Assembly (NCBI GenBank): GCA_017654855.1
Contig: CM030332.1
Location: 2,914,001 to 2,978,000 of the forward strand
Direction: 5' to 3'
Length of the DNA stretch: 64,000 nucleotides
From: Podospora anserina
Lineage: Eukaryota
The stretch's first letter is position 1. Each line of letters begins with the position of its first letter. The position numbers were made by a program, and so were the translations under genes. The notes beneath the pieces were generated by a model, which saw only the letters and a list, made by a program, of their open reading frames with translations, searched no databases and was not told the DNA's origin. Shown in pieces: positions 1 to 13,714 of this stretch.

Positions 1-975
1 TAGATATCAGGTGCCTCGGAGGTAATTAAGGTTTGAGTTTGGAAGGCAACTGCATAAGGTACCCCCATTACGATCGCGGGGCAGTCACAGCCAGCCTGAC
101 TACCAATACCTACCCTCACTGCCCTGATCAGATTTGATGGTTTTCTCCTTGCACCAAACCTTTCACCTATCCTCCCATCTTTTTTGAACTCATCCTCGAC
201 GATACCACGTTTGGATGTGTGGTTTTTTATTAGCACACTGCATCCCATACCCTTGACAGCACCCCCCTGCTGCACTCTGCCGGCCGTGTGCCCTTTCTTT
301 CTGCCCCCCCGCGCAACCGCTCGCTGCCGCCGCTTGGCCCCCCCAGGCTTTTGAGGTGAGGGCTCAGCGCAGCGCAGCACTGACACCTCCTGCAACCCGG
401 TCGATCTGAGCCGCCGCTTTTGCCCATTGATCACAGACGATCGTCTCGTCCTGCCGACGTCTTTTCTCTGCCTCTTGTCCTCGTCGTCCAGCTGCTGCTG
501 CCGCCGCTCCGCCCCCAGACGGCGTAAACGAATGAAACCTTGATCATAGCCGCTGTCTTGTTCGACATTGCCAGGGCACCATCATCAAGTCTTCACACGC
601 ACAAAAGGCACGGACCACAGCTTGAGGTGACTGCACTACCGTTACCCATATTTGGTGTTCCCCGGTGCCATCTCTTCCAGTGCCTTGTGTTGGCCGACCT
701 GATCGCTCACCCGCACCCCGCGTCTGGCTTCTCACCGATCACAAAAAGGAATTCATTCTGTTTCCCATCTGCTGCGAAATTGCAACAACTCTTCGGACTC
801 AGGTCATACGAGACATATTATCTTCTTAATTTTGCGCCGCCAGGGCCATCTCTGGGCCCAGCAGCTCACTTAAAACAAGCTCACCAACGACCTCGAGCCC
901 TCTCTTTATCATCTACACAACAGCCCGGCCCACCTACCAGTTTTCACTTAAACATCGCGGCGTCGTTGACGAATC

Positions 976-1816
976 ATGGCGGGGTTATTCAAGCGAGTGT
1001 ACGACTGGCTGTTACGGACCTTCTGGTAAGCTGCGCACCTCCATGCATCCCGCGCCCCCGAGCTGCTGCGGGGCTTTTCCGTCTCTAAGCTCGTCGACGA
1101 CGGCGACGGCGCATCAGGAGAACCCGGAGCTGACACAACCTCCAGGGCCACCGAAATGGACGTCACCATGATCGGTCTGCAGAATGCGGGCAAAACATCT
1201 CTGCTTCGGGTGCTGTCGGTAAGCAAGACCCAAAACCTACCTCCCCGGTACATGTGATGCTGATGACCTCTGCTTGCGCACAGGGCGGAGAGTTTGCCAT
1301 AGAGTAAGTTGTTGACCACCAAGCAACCTTCCCACCCCTCCACGACCTCGATGCAACATCTTGTGCCCAGTTTCTCCAAATATCTCCCGGCTGACCATTC
1401 CTCGCAGCTCGATACCGACAGTGGGCTTCAACATGAAGCGGTTGCAACGGGGGCATGTGACGCTCAAGTGCTGGGACTTGGGTGGGCAACCCCGCTTCCG
1501 TCCAATGTGGGAGCGATATTGCCGGAATGTCAACGCTATCGTGTTCATTGTCGATATTGCCGACGTGGATGTGCTTCCCATGGCCCGCGAAGAGCTACAC
1601 TCATTAATGAGCCAGCCAAGCCTGGATGGCATTCCATTGCTTGTTCTCGGAAACAAGTCGGATCTTCCAAACAAGCTCACCGTGGATGAGCTCATTGACG
1701 CCATGGATCTCAAGAACATTGCGCATCGAGAGGTGTCGTGCTATGGCATCTCGGCAAAGGAGGAAACCAATCTGGAGGCGGTTCTCCAGTGGCTGATGAA
1801 GTTTGCCAACAGGTGA
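976..1816 (+). CDS. ARL8: Arf-like small GTPase ARL8 (4 exons: 976-1025, 1146-1218, 1284-1303, 1408-1816)
   Basis: Spliced translation MAGLFKRVYDWLLRTFWATEMDVTMIGLQNAGKTSLL...IPTVGFNM...WDLGGQPRFR...NKSD...SAK. G1/G3/G4/G5 motifs and WDLGGQPRFR match ARL8; all introns GT-AG. Confidence 0.93.
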
Positions 1817-3828
1817 GCCATCTCATTTCTGACATGGACCATTTGTCATTGTGGACATCTGGCGAGGTTGGATTCAGTTGGCTTGTTCACTGTGTGGACT
1901 CGAAGGGACGTCCGTTTCATCGTTTTCGCCCGGCATTTTCGTGAAGAAAAGGTTCATCTGGGGGGGCGACGACCGACTCAGAACTGACGTTCCAATTCGC
2001 AGCAAAAAATGATTTCGTTTCTGTGATATACGACACATCGCCCAGCGCCTAGCTGGGTCCAGACAGGAGCCGCAAGGCTAAGGGGGCATGATTAGCAACA
2101 TAACTCATACAGCAACATATGAAAGTGGCGTCTGTCACTTTTTTCTCGGGGCAGTTGGGATGGACGGAATGGGTTATCAGCGGGCCAGGGCGTTTTCTTG
2201 TCTTTTTTGTGCGTATTTCGGGGAAGAGGAACTGGCGCGAAGCCTCGGTGTATTGGATAGCTCGATGTATTTTTGGTCTTTTTGTTTTGTTTCTTGCGTG
2301 GCTGTTTCATGGAACCACCACCACCACATTTAATCTTTGACGACGTATGATGATGATATGGCAAACCGAGCGGGTCGTTTTCCAATTGTGCTGTAGAATA
2401 GTGCCTTTGCACGTATCTCTGAGAGCAACGTTTTCGAGATTCTGTGCCAAGCAATGGCATGTGTGACGAGGTGAGTCTGTAGGGTAGGAGGAGGGGAAAT
2501 CGAGACAGGGGGTGTGTGTGTTGAGAGGGCGCTGAGACGATGCTCCTCAATATTCACACATGGACGGGTTCGAGGGAAAACCACGACATGTGGGAAAAAG
2601 AAGACTTGGGGAAAAAGAAAAATGGGAACGGGACGGGACTCGAGAAACTTTCTATATAAAAGGGAAGAAAAAGATGTAAACCTTTTTCCCAAATTTAGTT
2701 TTTTGAAATTCTGAGGGGAGGAGGGACCCTGGGCCGTATTGACGTGGGAGGGCGTGATTGGCTGGAGAGGATTTATGTGGTTTACCACCGCCGGACGGAA
2801 CAGCACCACCACCACCACCACCTTGAGAACCGCAGACCAGTGGATGGATAGATGGGCTTGGGTTTCTTGTCGGTGCGGCGCGCGCGCTTGGAAGGGAATG
2901 GGTATCGACTGGTTTGTATCTTGAGTGAGGTTGGAACAGGTAAGCGAGATTTACACTGACTTGGGTCTCTTTTGGTTGTGGTTGGGTAAGAGAAGGAAGG
3001 CAAGCATTACTTCACCTGATGGTACTGATATTATCTGTCTCGGGTGCTGTCTTGATGGCTGGCTTGCGTTGCCTGGCATGTCTTCTTCAAAGTGAGTGTG
3101 AGTGTAAGTGATATATGTTCATTCTCATGGATTCCCTGCAATATCCCACTGGGCCATTGAGCGTAAGATAAGATAATGAAAAGGAAATAGACCGAGTATG
3201 TGCCTTGTGGATGAGACCCTGGGCCGACGTCACTGCTTCTGGCGAAGAAACCGAGAGGGAAACCGAAACCCAGATTGAGGCCGCACATGATATTGGATTT
3301 GGTGTTCTACCCTCGAGTCTCCAAGCTGGTCGGCGTTCCCGAATCCCGGCTACGCTCTCACATTGACTCCCGGTTTCCCCCCCTCGTCCTTCCCAAATGC
3401 GCCTCGGAAGAGATCAACGTGAAGTTGGTGAACACGGATAGCATTGGGGACCTTCGGTTTATCTTTTTGGGAAAAACCAACGATCATTTGAGCTGCCTCT
3501 ATACCCGAACTCCCCCCTCCCTTTTTTTTTTTCGTCGCTGAACATAACAAAAAACGGGCGCCTGATTTCACAATGATTCCACAAAACAGACTCCCGTCGT
3601 GAAAAGGTATCGTAAAGGTGGGGTCAACAACAAGAAGACTCCGAGTCTGATTCCTATCTCGGCCGGGGGAAACAACCACCAAACATAAGCGCGGAAGCCC
3701 CTCCTCGGCAGGCCATCTCTTCGGTAAGATGCCAAATATCGACTCGTATTCTGACCAATGCAATGCCGAACGCCGTCCGTGTCCACCCGAATCCTCCGCT
3801 TCCCCAAATGACCAAACGAACCACCGCT

Positions 3829-4505
3829 TTAACGGTAAGACTTCTGGAATCTGGAGCGGGCACCCTTACCACCGAACTTCTTGGGCTCGCACCGACGGGG
3901 ATCGGCGACGAGGAGGCTGCGGTCGAACTGGATGAGGGAGCTCTTCAGGACGTTCTTGGTGTGCTCGTCGATGTACTTGGCGTAGTAGGCGACCTAAAAG
4001 GTGTTAAAAGTCAGTCAAAATCATGTTGCGGGTGCGGCGCTCGAGTATCGCTCGTCGGTTCGATGCTTCGGGACGGTACGTACAACAGCCTTGGCAATCT
4101 GTTTTCCCATTGTTAGCAATTTGTCCCTGTTCCCATTCTCGAGTTTTGTTGCGAGGTGATAACATACAGCCTGGCGCACAGCGTAAACCTGCGAAGTGTG
4201 ACCACCACCAGCGACCTTGATTCTGATATCGATGGCAGCGAAGTTCTCGGTGCCGAGGATGAGGATGGGCTCGTAGAGCTTGGCCCGGAGGATCTCGGGG
4301 GCGAAAAGCTTCAGAGGCTTGCCGTTGACCTTGATGAGGCCACGGCCCTCCACAGCGCGAGCGACGGCTGCAACGATGGCGATGGTTAGCGATTTCGCCC
4401 TCGGGAGTTCATTTCGACAATTTCGGCAGGGCGATCAAAAATCGGCATACCTGTGGCATTCTTCTTCTTGCCAAACACCTGGACGGCCTTCTTTTCGTTC
4501 GCCAT
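3829..4505 (-). CDS. RPS16: 40S ribosomal protein S16 (uS9); exons 4505-4451, 4367-4168, 4098-4084, 3993-3829
   Basis: [21 protein letters not shown]...[25 protein letters not shown]...[24 protein letters not shown], the characteristic uS9 sequence; canonical introns. Confidence 0.97.
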
Positions 4506-5880
4506 TTTGAGTTGCTGGCAAGAATGACTTCCTGTTGTTAGTTCGGGCAGGCTCAGCAGGCTGTGATTTTTCGGCTTCAGCTTGTCAAAATTTGTGTGTG
4601 GAGGGGGAAATCGGTATGGGGCTAGCGCACCTGCGCCAGTAATCACGTGTGTCAATGTGGCTAGTGGCAGAGTTTGTGGCTGGTGAACCTGGGCCCACCT
4701 GCACTCCAAAACCTGTCCCCACTCTGCCGAAGAGCCGGCGTTGAATTCACTTTAGGCCCACATTTCCCGGTGATGCTCCCCCCGATCCCATCCATTCCGT
4801 TTGCTGTCGTGCACCCCACTATCTCCGGTCGAACTGGCGTCCTCCGTTGTTGTTGCTGTTTCCAAGGGTTAGATTCACAAGGGGGGTTTTCCCCTTCGAC
4901 TGTCCATCCTGTCAAAAAACCCGATAATTTCTCTTGTACCCTTGAATCTCCTGATGTTTTCAACATCCGGTCTTTTCATCTTTACATTGTACGCCATGGT
5001 AATACTGGAGCCGGTGGATGTTGTGAATGCCTACCTCTCACCTTGAATACGGATGTTTATTTTCATGTTGTGGTTGTTTCGCCAAGGCATGACAGTTCCG
5101 ATCCGCTGACGACGTTGAACGATATGCTGTCATCATTGTGAGGCGATGCCAGGCGAGCGTACCAAAGCGTACTGAAGCCGTAAAGGCGTTTCTCTCACCG
5201 AGCGCAACGCTGCTGAGCCACCGATCCTCTCAGGCGTCTTCTTGCTCGGTCATCAGTGAAGGCATTTGGAATATCTTCCTAAGTGTGATTTGGAAGTTGC
5301 CCGCAGTTTCGGGAAGAGATGGAATGCTTTTCACCAAAAGACCGGCCGAGCATGGCGCATAGTGGTCGTCACCCAAGATCTTGGACAAGCTTGGCAGGCT
5401 GCCTCCATTAACCTCATTGGGCAAGTCATGGAACAAACGGAATCCCATTGGACCTCAGCCACCTCGGGCCACGTTATCGGTCATTCATTATCAGCGTGTG
5501 CCGAGAAATGTCCCACGGTGCAGTTTTCTGATTCAAGGAGGCGCAGTGGCATCATCTGCTCCCGCACCTTTTCGCTTCAGAAGAGTTGCTTTGGTGCTTC
5601 CGTTGCCAGGATCCACAGTGCTGAAACTTCTATTGGGCAGCACGTCACTCACTCTCAAGCAGTGCCTGTCTTCTTTGTTCATCTAATTCCCGCCACCCCT
5701 CTGCCAACAAAATCCTAGAAAACACATCGTCATCTAACACCACCTACATCACCACTACTTGCAGCAGCAAAACGTGGATTTTTAGACGTTTTCATCGATA
5801 TCAGTTGAATCTCGCATTCGCAGAATCTACACAACATCGCAGATTGGAGCAACAGAGAAAAGCGATATCAAATAGCCACA

Positions 5881-6529
5881 ATGGCTCCGCTCGTCTCTGA
5901 TCAGCTGGAGAAACGCCAGTCGTAAGTCGCGACTTCATTTCAATCCCCCCGCGCATCAACCACACTTTATGCTAACGATTATCTCTTCCAGTTGTCCTTC
6001 AGGGTACTATTACGACAGGGGTTACTGCTACCGCAACAGCGCCTGGAGCTGGTGGGGACGATGGGTATTCGCAGGTCTCGCCGTTCTCTTCGTTCTTTTG
6101 GTGTTCGCGCTTCTCTTGTATGTTTCCCCTACTGTCTCTTTTATCGTCGCATAACGCATTGCTAACGTCTTTCGCAGCCGTAACTCACGCCGCAGAAGAA
6201 AGCAAGGCGCCCGACCACTCTACGGCACCGGCTGGATGGCACCCGCACCGCAGTACTACCCACCTCCTCCTCAGTACACCCCTCAAGACCAGAATCCCGC
6301 TCCTCCAGGCGGGTACAAATACAACGGGAACGATGGGTACTATGGCAATCCTCAAGCTGGAAGCAGTCAATATGGCAGCCCGGGTCCTTATGGTAACCAG
6401 GCGACGAGCCCCTACGGTCAGCAAGAGGGCATTCAGCTTCAGCAACCCGAGCATGCTTATCACCGTGGAGGTGACGCCGATTATGCCCCTCCTCCCGGAC
6501 CTCCGCCCAATGCCGCCACCAAGCCTTAA
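5881..6529 (+). CDS. RCR-family (chitin synthesis regulation/Congo red resistance) single-pass membrane protein; exons 5881-5921, 5992-6117, 6178-6529
   Basis: MAPLVSDQLEKRQSCPSGYYY...WGRWVFAGLAVLFVLLVFALLFRNSRRRRKQG..PLYGTGWM..PPPPQY..YAPPPGPPP: transmembrane segment, basic stop-transfer, YGTGW motif and PPxY motif. Confidence 0.8.
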
Positions 6530-8721
6530 ATGGCTAAAATCCTGGTTTCGCGTCGTTGTTTGTCAGATGCTGGGAGGAATGAGTTCTTGATTATGGCGTT
6601 CAGGATGGGTTGGGTAAGGGATGTAGTTACACATTCCTGAGACAGGGTTTTTGCGTTTGGAAAAGGGAGATGATGAAGGGAAGATTCGAGACGATCCCTT
6701 ATGGGATACCCCGTTTATGATGGCAAAACTTTCCTTTTTTGTTGTTCAACTACGCAGTATGCTGTTTTTTAGAGGTACACTAATTAATGCATGATATGGG
6801 TTGACGAGCCTCACATATGTTGTCGTGATATCAGAGTTTCGTGTATGATATCATCGTGCTGGTTGAGTTGCTCGGGTCGGACGAAAAGTGAGGAACACAG
6901 CCTGAGTCATGTGGTCAAGCAGGGCTCTCCCTGGGAAGAGCTTCGCATATAGGAAGACCAGGCCAGCGCGAGGCTTCAGCCTCTGAACAAACAACGAGCT
7001 GCAGCTGTAAGTGGCGAATAAGCCTTACTTACATCTTATATTGGTATGTGGTTGCTTGAGTAGGTCGGTGGTGGTCTTGATCATGGCTGATGTGCATTAT
7101 GGTGCTCACGCTTACTGGCCCTTGGGCAGGCCGGTCCTCATCTTATCTGCCGTTTCGTTTATCAGATTTAAGACCTTTTCATCCTGTTCGGACTGGACAA
7201 GATATTCAGACGTCTCATCTCATAGCGTCGGACTTTTCCAAGGTTTTCCTCAATGAGCTACGTCGGAGAAGTGGCTGATACAAGTGAAGATTTTCAGGTC
7301 GAGTTGGTTGCCTCTTGAAAGATGTTCAGGTCTCATATTGCGATCACTCCGGTGTGTGTTTCGATGAGGGGGGGTAGTGTTGAGCGATGCAACTTGGAAA
7401 ATTTGGTGCGGTATATTGAGATGAGATGAAGCTTTTGAGTGTAAATGACGACGCTCGTAATTTTATAAGTACATGTATAGAGAGGACAGTATTCGCTGGT
7501 TCTGTGGCCGCGTGTTGCATTGCTGCGAGAAAGAGGCGAAGGGAAATGGAGGCTTTCAACGGCAACATGTACCGAACAAAAGGACTGGGGACGGAACAGC
7601 GGAAGGTCGCTTTGACGATCACGAAAATAACAGGGGTTGGAAGAGGTGAAATTGGGCCGGCAGCGGAGTGTACACCCCGCCTTGGCTGGAAGCCGCTTCA
7701 ACGAAACTCAACCTTGAGTTCAAGAAGTGTAGTGACAAGTGAAAAGAAAATGTGTCAAAATAAACAGGAAAACAAGGCTCCCATTGCATAAATATCAAAC
7801 CGCCAGCAGGCTGAAGAAGTGCAAGAAGAAGACGTGCGAATCCAGTGACGATTGGACCCTCTTTGACCCCCGTCGGGCCGCAGGATCAAAAGACCCCACC
7901 CGTACCTGCAGCTTGCCGGCGCCAGATGAACGAGGGGCCCGGGCCAATGCGCTTGTGAGATTCTCCCCCCAAGGGCTCCCGTCTTTTCTTTTCTCCAACG
8001 GGAAACCCTCCTCCTGGTGCCTTCTCCTGAGCCAAAGGGCTGACAGCGCCCACTTGGTTTCACGTCTCCCTGAAGTGAGACGAAGCAGAACCACTCCTTT
8101 GGACACACTGTTCGTCCTGTCTTCGCAGGTCATCCTTCGGGATTTTGCCATTTCCGCTCTCTTTTCTTGCATAATCCGCGTTTGTTTCCCCTAAGTCCAC
8201 TCTTTTTTCATGACTAGTCAGTTACCGACATCGCCAATCGCCGCCCACGATAACTGCTCTCTGCCAATTGAGGCCGTTGATGATTTTTGCCTCGATCGCG
8301 TTACCTACGACCACTTTCATTTTCAGCATTTGCCTTGCTACGACTGCATTTACTGTAACCAGAAAACCCAACAACCAGGTTCAACGCGCGACGCATCACT
8401 TTGAACTGTTTGACTTGCTTTCATCACTGGGAGGGAACTGGAAACCAAGACGGAATCACGCACAGAAGCTCAAGACGATCATACACGCGCGACAACCAGC
8501 CGCACAATGGAGTTGTAGCGCTCATTGTCTACTACGAATCATATATCATCGACATTACTCGTCTTACCCGTGTCTATTCGACACCGTGCGCTTGCTACGA
8601 AGGGGCCCTTAGAACTACCAGTGGGGCCCTTCGTTTTCCGAAGCTAGAACAACTCAACAAAACTACGAATATTCGTTATTGAGCAAAGCTTAGGACAGCT
8701 TTCAATCTGGGACAAGGCAAG

Positions 8722-10570
8722 ATGCCTGCGGTAGATGTGGCTATGAGGAGGAGTGTAGGGGAAGGGTTCTTGGACTTGCTGGCTCGCGCGATTCATCCGG
8801 CTCTCGTGCGGAGAAATCTTGAGGGACAGATTGGAGATGTCCGGGCAACATTCGCCAGTTGGGACAGCTGCATGGCGGAATCCTATTGCAAGTAGGTTAT
8901 TCTCTTTGCCGCCGAGCTTTGGGTATATTGCTGACGCGTTGCTGTTTAGATGGTTAGTAATCGGGCTCATGATTCTTGGGGGTATCATCATTTTCTCAGT
9001 GCTATGGTGCATCATTCGCTGCGCGTGCTGCGCCAAATCATGTTGCTGCTCGTGCTTCAAGTGTCTCCAGTGCTGCGGTAATTGCTGCGGGTGCTGTGAC
9101 CCTCCAAGGGGGGACCGAAGGCAGTATCTTGACGAGCCGTACATCCCGCCAAATCAGGGTTACAAGTCGCAGGAGCCTATGCACCTTGGGTATGACAGTC
9201 GCCCTACTGCACCCCCTGTTTTTAGTGGCGGTGGTGGTGGTGGTGGATATGCCGCTTCGACGGGCGTGACAAGCAAACCCCAATATGCTGAATTCGATGT
9301 CGGCAAGAACAAGCCTGGAAATGAAGATGCACTTCCCGAGATGCCGAGCTGGGAAGGTGCGGAGAGCAAGAAGATCGTGTTGGAAGAGGAGGAGGAGGCC
9401 GTGGAGATGAACCAGTTGAAGAAGCCCGAAGCCAACTCACCAAACGCGCAAAGCCCGACCATGATGAATGGAGTAGCTGCGGCGGGTGCAATACCTGGGC
9501 GTGGTTCTACGAGCCCGAACCCGGGGAACAGAAGCCCTTACGGACCACCAGGCGCTGGAGCACAATCTAATGGATACTTCCCTCCAGGGGCTGTGGCTAA
9601 CGATCCATACAACCAGACTGCGCAGAGTTACAACCAGCCAGCGGGTGGTTATGGACAGCCGGGTCAAGGGTACGGTATGGCTCCAGGTGCAAACGGACCA
9701 GGTGCAGTGGGAATAGGTGCAATTGGACCAGGCGCAATGGGGCCAGGTGCAATCGGACCAGGACGCAGGTCTCCTGGCAACGTTGGCGGCGGGTATAATA
9801 CTGGGTATGACAACAATGACTATGGACAGCCAGGCTACGGACAACAGGGCTATGGACAGCAACAGCAAGGTGTGACACCTCGGCAGACGGGACAGGGTGG
9901 TGGATATGACAACTATGGCGATATCTACGACAGCTACGGCACTGGGACGAATCAACCGTATGGTGGCGCTCAGGAACTGGACGCTGGCAGCTATGGGCAA
10001 CCCCCATCAGCACAACCAGCTGCTGGACCTCAGGCGGGTTATGGAGGAGCCTATGGCCAAGGCCAAAGACGGACACCTGGCCCTCAAGCCGATGCAGGGT
10101 ATGGCAACCCCAACCAAAGACGGACACCCGGACCCCAGAGTGATTACAACAATGGCTACGGTGGAAGCCCAAGACGCACCCCTGCGCCTCAGGATAGCTA
10201 CGGCGGCGGCGGTTATGATGCTCCCGCCCCAGCATATGGCAGCAGCCAGGACAGACGGTCGCCTGGTCCCCAGCAAGGATATGGCCGCCCACCCCCCAAC
10301 AGACAATACTCGTCGTCTGACTCTCGCGGTCCACAACGTCAGTACTCGGGCAACGACGTGAGCTCGTCCTCCGACAACATGGGAGGGTTTGATTTCGGCA
10401 CAGGCTACAGCCGTCCACCACAACAGCAGCAACAACCAAGCAGCGGATACGGCCGTCCTCCACAAGCACAGCAGAGCAGTGGATACAGGCAACCGACGAC
10501 TCCCGTAGTGGAGGAGCAGAGCGCGGCGTACCCGGGGTATAAGCCTTATTCACCTGGACCTCCCAATTGA
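8722..10570 (+). CDS. Single-pass membrane protein with Cys-rich juxtamembrane segment and long G/Y/Q/P low-complexity tail ('fibroin-3-related'-type fungal protein); exons 8722-8891, 8950-10570
   Basis: MPAVDVAMRR...SWDSCMAESYCK|WLVIGLMILGGIIIFSVLWCIIRCACCAKSCCCSCFKCLQCCGNCCGCCD; intron GTAGGT...GCTGAC...TAG at 8892-8949 keeps the frame. Confidence 0.82.
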
Positions 10571-13500
10571 TAAGTTGGTTTGTGATACCCTGATCTTTTT
10601 TTGTATAATGGAATGTATTGTACAGTTCTCTATGGGAAGGATGTGTTGTGGCTGCCAGCTGAGCTTGCGGCAGGGGGGTTTGGGATGTTCATTGATGATC
10701 TCTTTTCTTTTTCTCGAAATTTTTGAACATGGTGTGGAGAAGGGGCATGATAGATGGTGTTTTTATGATTATTGTCTTTCGTTTATGATGATTTTGGGAA
10801 GAGGGGGGGGGGGGGTTCATGTTAAGGCGCTTTTTGCAAAGAGGGTGGGGTTTTCGATTCGAACTTGTGGTAAGAAGCAAAGTTGACTTTTATTTTTGGT
10901 TTTCTCGGGAAAAAGGGAAACAGACCCTGGTGGTGGCTATTTAGGGTGGTGGTGGTGGTTTGGATCGCATTTAATGGGGTCAGTGGTTGTATATAGGTGA
11001 CCTACGACAGATGTGGTGAATGTACCTGGTTGTTCCTAAGTAAGTGGGTGGGCGGTTTTGACCGGTGTTGGGTTGTAGAGTGATATGTCATTCGCAAAAC
11101 TGCTGTTAAGCGCTGGGATCGAGGCTTTGTGGTGCATGCGTGCCTTGTTGGCTGCTTGGGTGATGATGATGCCTTGGGCTAGTCTTTGGGGGGATTTGCA
11201 GTTGTCTGGGAGGGATGTTTGACGTGGTTGACGGTGAGCCAAGGGATAGAGCTCAGAAGGAAGGTTATGCAAGCTGACAGGAATAGGGTGAGCCGCTGCT
11301 ATCAACTCGGCGGTTTGGCATGAAAGGCTCACGAAGCATTAATAATCATGGCCCTGCCTAATAATAAGTCAGGTTTGTCCTCAACAAGATATCTGCATTG
11401 TCGAGGACCATGTTGCAAGCGCTGACAACCTCCAGAACTTGGTAAGATGTTGGATGTGTCGGCCAGCTCCCTTGTTATTGACCGTCCATCCAACGGACCA
11501 TGTAGGAACACGGAAAAAAGGTAGGTAGGTGTGTTACGAGCTGCCCAACAAGGCAGAAGAAGAAAAAACTCCTCATCGTCCGCGAGTTCAATCTCGGCCT
11601 TTTCTTATTATTATGCTAATCCGCTGAGAATTCTTTTGCAATGTCTTCGGGGTTCCGTATTCCCCGGACTTGGTTCGTACTTTTCGTATACCATGTCCGT
11701 TGCCGGAGTAAAGAAAGTCATTCGTTCCCGGAGCGATACAATGATCATGTTTTGGTAATGTATGTGTATTCAAGCAGAATTAGGTGACACAGCAGCGGCA
11801 GCCAGTCAAGGGTCCTCTTCGGACTTTTTTTTCTTTCTGAAATTCTAGAACATGATTTTCGTCCTCGTTTTTGTGAAACTTGGAAAACTAGCAAATGATG
11901 TTGTGCTGTGGTGCTTGTGTAATTGTTGCATTTCCAAGAAGCCCTACAGGTTGGTCCGGTCGGTTGTGGGTTGATTGTACACGCAAGCCAAAACAGGTAA
12001 GTAAGGTTGGTTGGCAGAGGTATATCTTAACGGACTTGGGCTGAATGTGAGGTTGGTGGAGTTTGTGGTCATCTTTGGGGGTTGGGTACCTATGTTGCTT
12101 GGTCGGATGATAGGTCTGGAGGGTTTGGAATCATAACTTCGAGTCTGTTTTGAGCCGTTTGACTGGCTTTGGCCGTTGTCTTTTGACCGTTTAACAGAGC
12201 CTCATGAGCGGCTAAAACCCGCACCAGGCGGAGCTGTAGGATCCAACGGCTGGGTGTTGTCAGCTGTTGAAGTCTCCCGCACGTCTCTGCGCTTAGAGAT
12301 CCGATCTGTTGGTTGGATGATCGAACGAGTCATTCAACATAGCCAGCTAGCCAGCAGCAGCAGTTTCCTTCCTTTCGGGTGCGCGGGAGCCGGTAGTGGT
12401 GACGCGGGTTGTGCGGAAAGTTAAAAGATCCCCCCAACCCGCCCAAGCCTACTGACGTGGTCTGGTGGCGGTGCAAAACTGGAATGATGAGTTGACGTGC
12501 ATGCTCCATTCAGAGCTCCGTATTGGATGGTGGAGAGATTTCTAAATCCGAACATTTTCTACGGATGCTAGGAAAATAGGGGTTCCGAATTGAAGACGGA
12601 GAATGGGGAAATGGTTGCGAAAGTTTTCCGTTTCACTTCTTCCCGACTGTTTGAGCTACTGTTGGTCGAAAAAGATCAGGTGAAGTTCTGATCTCAACGG
12701 TCGACGGGCGATTGGGAAGTCTATTTCCGCGCTTCTAGAAAAAAACGATCTCGTTAGAAATCTGGGGATGAGCCCCGCCAAGCACACAACTCAATTTTGG
12801 CCACCCTGCAAGCGGCAGGCATCTGATCTTTTTTAAAACCAACGCTTGCACTGGAAGAGGAAGGACAAGTTGCAGGGGTTTGGAGCGCCAAGTATGACGT
12901 TGTCTTGAGGCCTTGTTCCCATTTCTCCAGAATTTGGATGCTTGGGGGGGCAAGCCCAAGAAATCACAGAAATGAAAAGAATTCTTCCGGTGGTCTTGGT
13001 GTAGTGCAGGATTGCTGGGCAGGAATATGCCCCTTTTTTTTTCTGTCTCTCCCACGCACATAGGGACAGGTGACAAGACTGAAGATGCGTGCGGGTATGT
13101 GTGGACAACAAACTTTGCTGATCGCCCAGAGGCCATGTCAAACACCGAACGAAGCATTGTACCTGTCTTGTCAGAAAGAGAGAGACATGCAGCATTTATT
13201 GGCCGAGAATGAAGGATGAAAAAGAAGCGTTTAGACCTGAGCTTCGGCCGTGGGAAGTCATTGCTGCCGTCGTATTCGGAGAGCCCCCGCCAAGTCACCT
13301 ACGTACAATCTTATGTTTTTTGATCCTTCAGTGTTGGGCCTCCACGTTGTGAAGGGACCTCTTTGTCTGACTGCTCGAGTGTCCATCTTTTCCCTTTTTT
13401 ATTCCCCCGTTTGCAAACGACCCAACGGATTTTTGTCCATCACCACACCAACTCTCAACAGAGAACGGGCGACTCCAGCAGCTCGTCAAGGTTACCGCTG

Positions 13501-13714
13501 TTATCGACTCTCCACCGGTGAATCGGTCGATCCACTTGGTGTTCCAGCTACCGAAGGGTCCTGCTCGGCGTCCCAAGCCGTCGATCGTTTGGATCTGTAC
13601 ACAGACTACCGTCTGGGAGTTTGAATGGACTAATTAAAAAAGACACTGGGGATCTCTGGGCTGGCTGGGTGAGGCTAAAACATTTTACACAACAAAAACT
13701 GCTCAGCCGACACC

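Noticed and set aside
11036-11332. SLHNLPSEL, resembling an F-box start, in an intergenic ORF
   Set aside because: Match too short and the flanking residues do not fit an F-box.
10600-13700. Search for tRNA, 5S rRNA or snoRNA in long intergenic regions
   Set aside because: No convincing cloverleaf, 5S sequence or paired C/D boxes found by eye; a covariance-model scan would be needed to exclude them.
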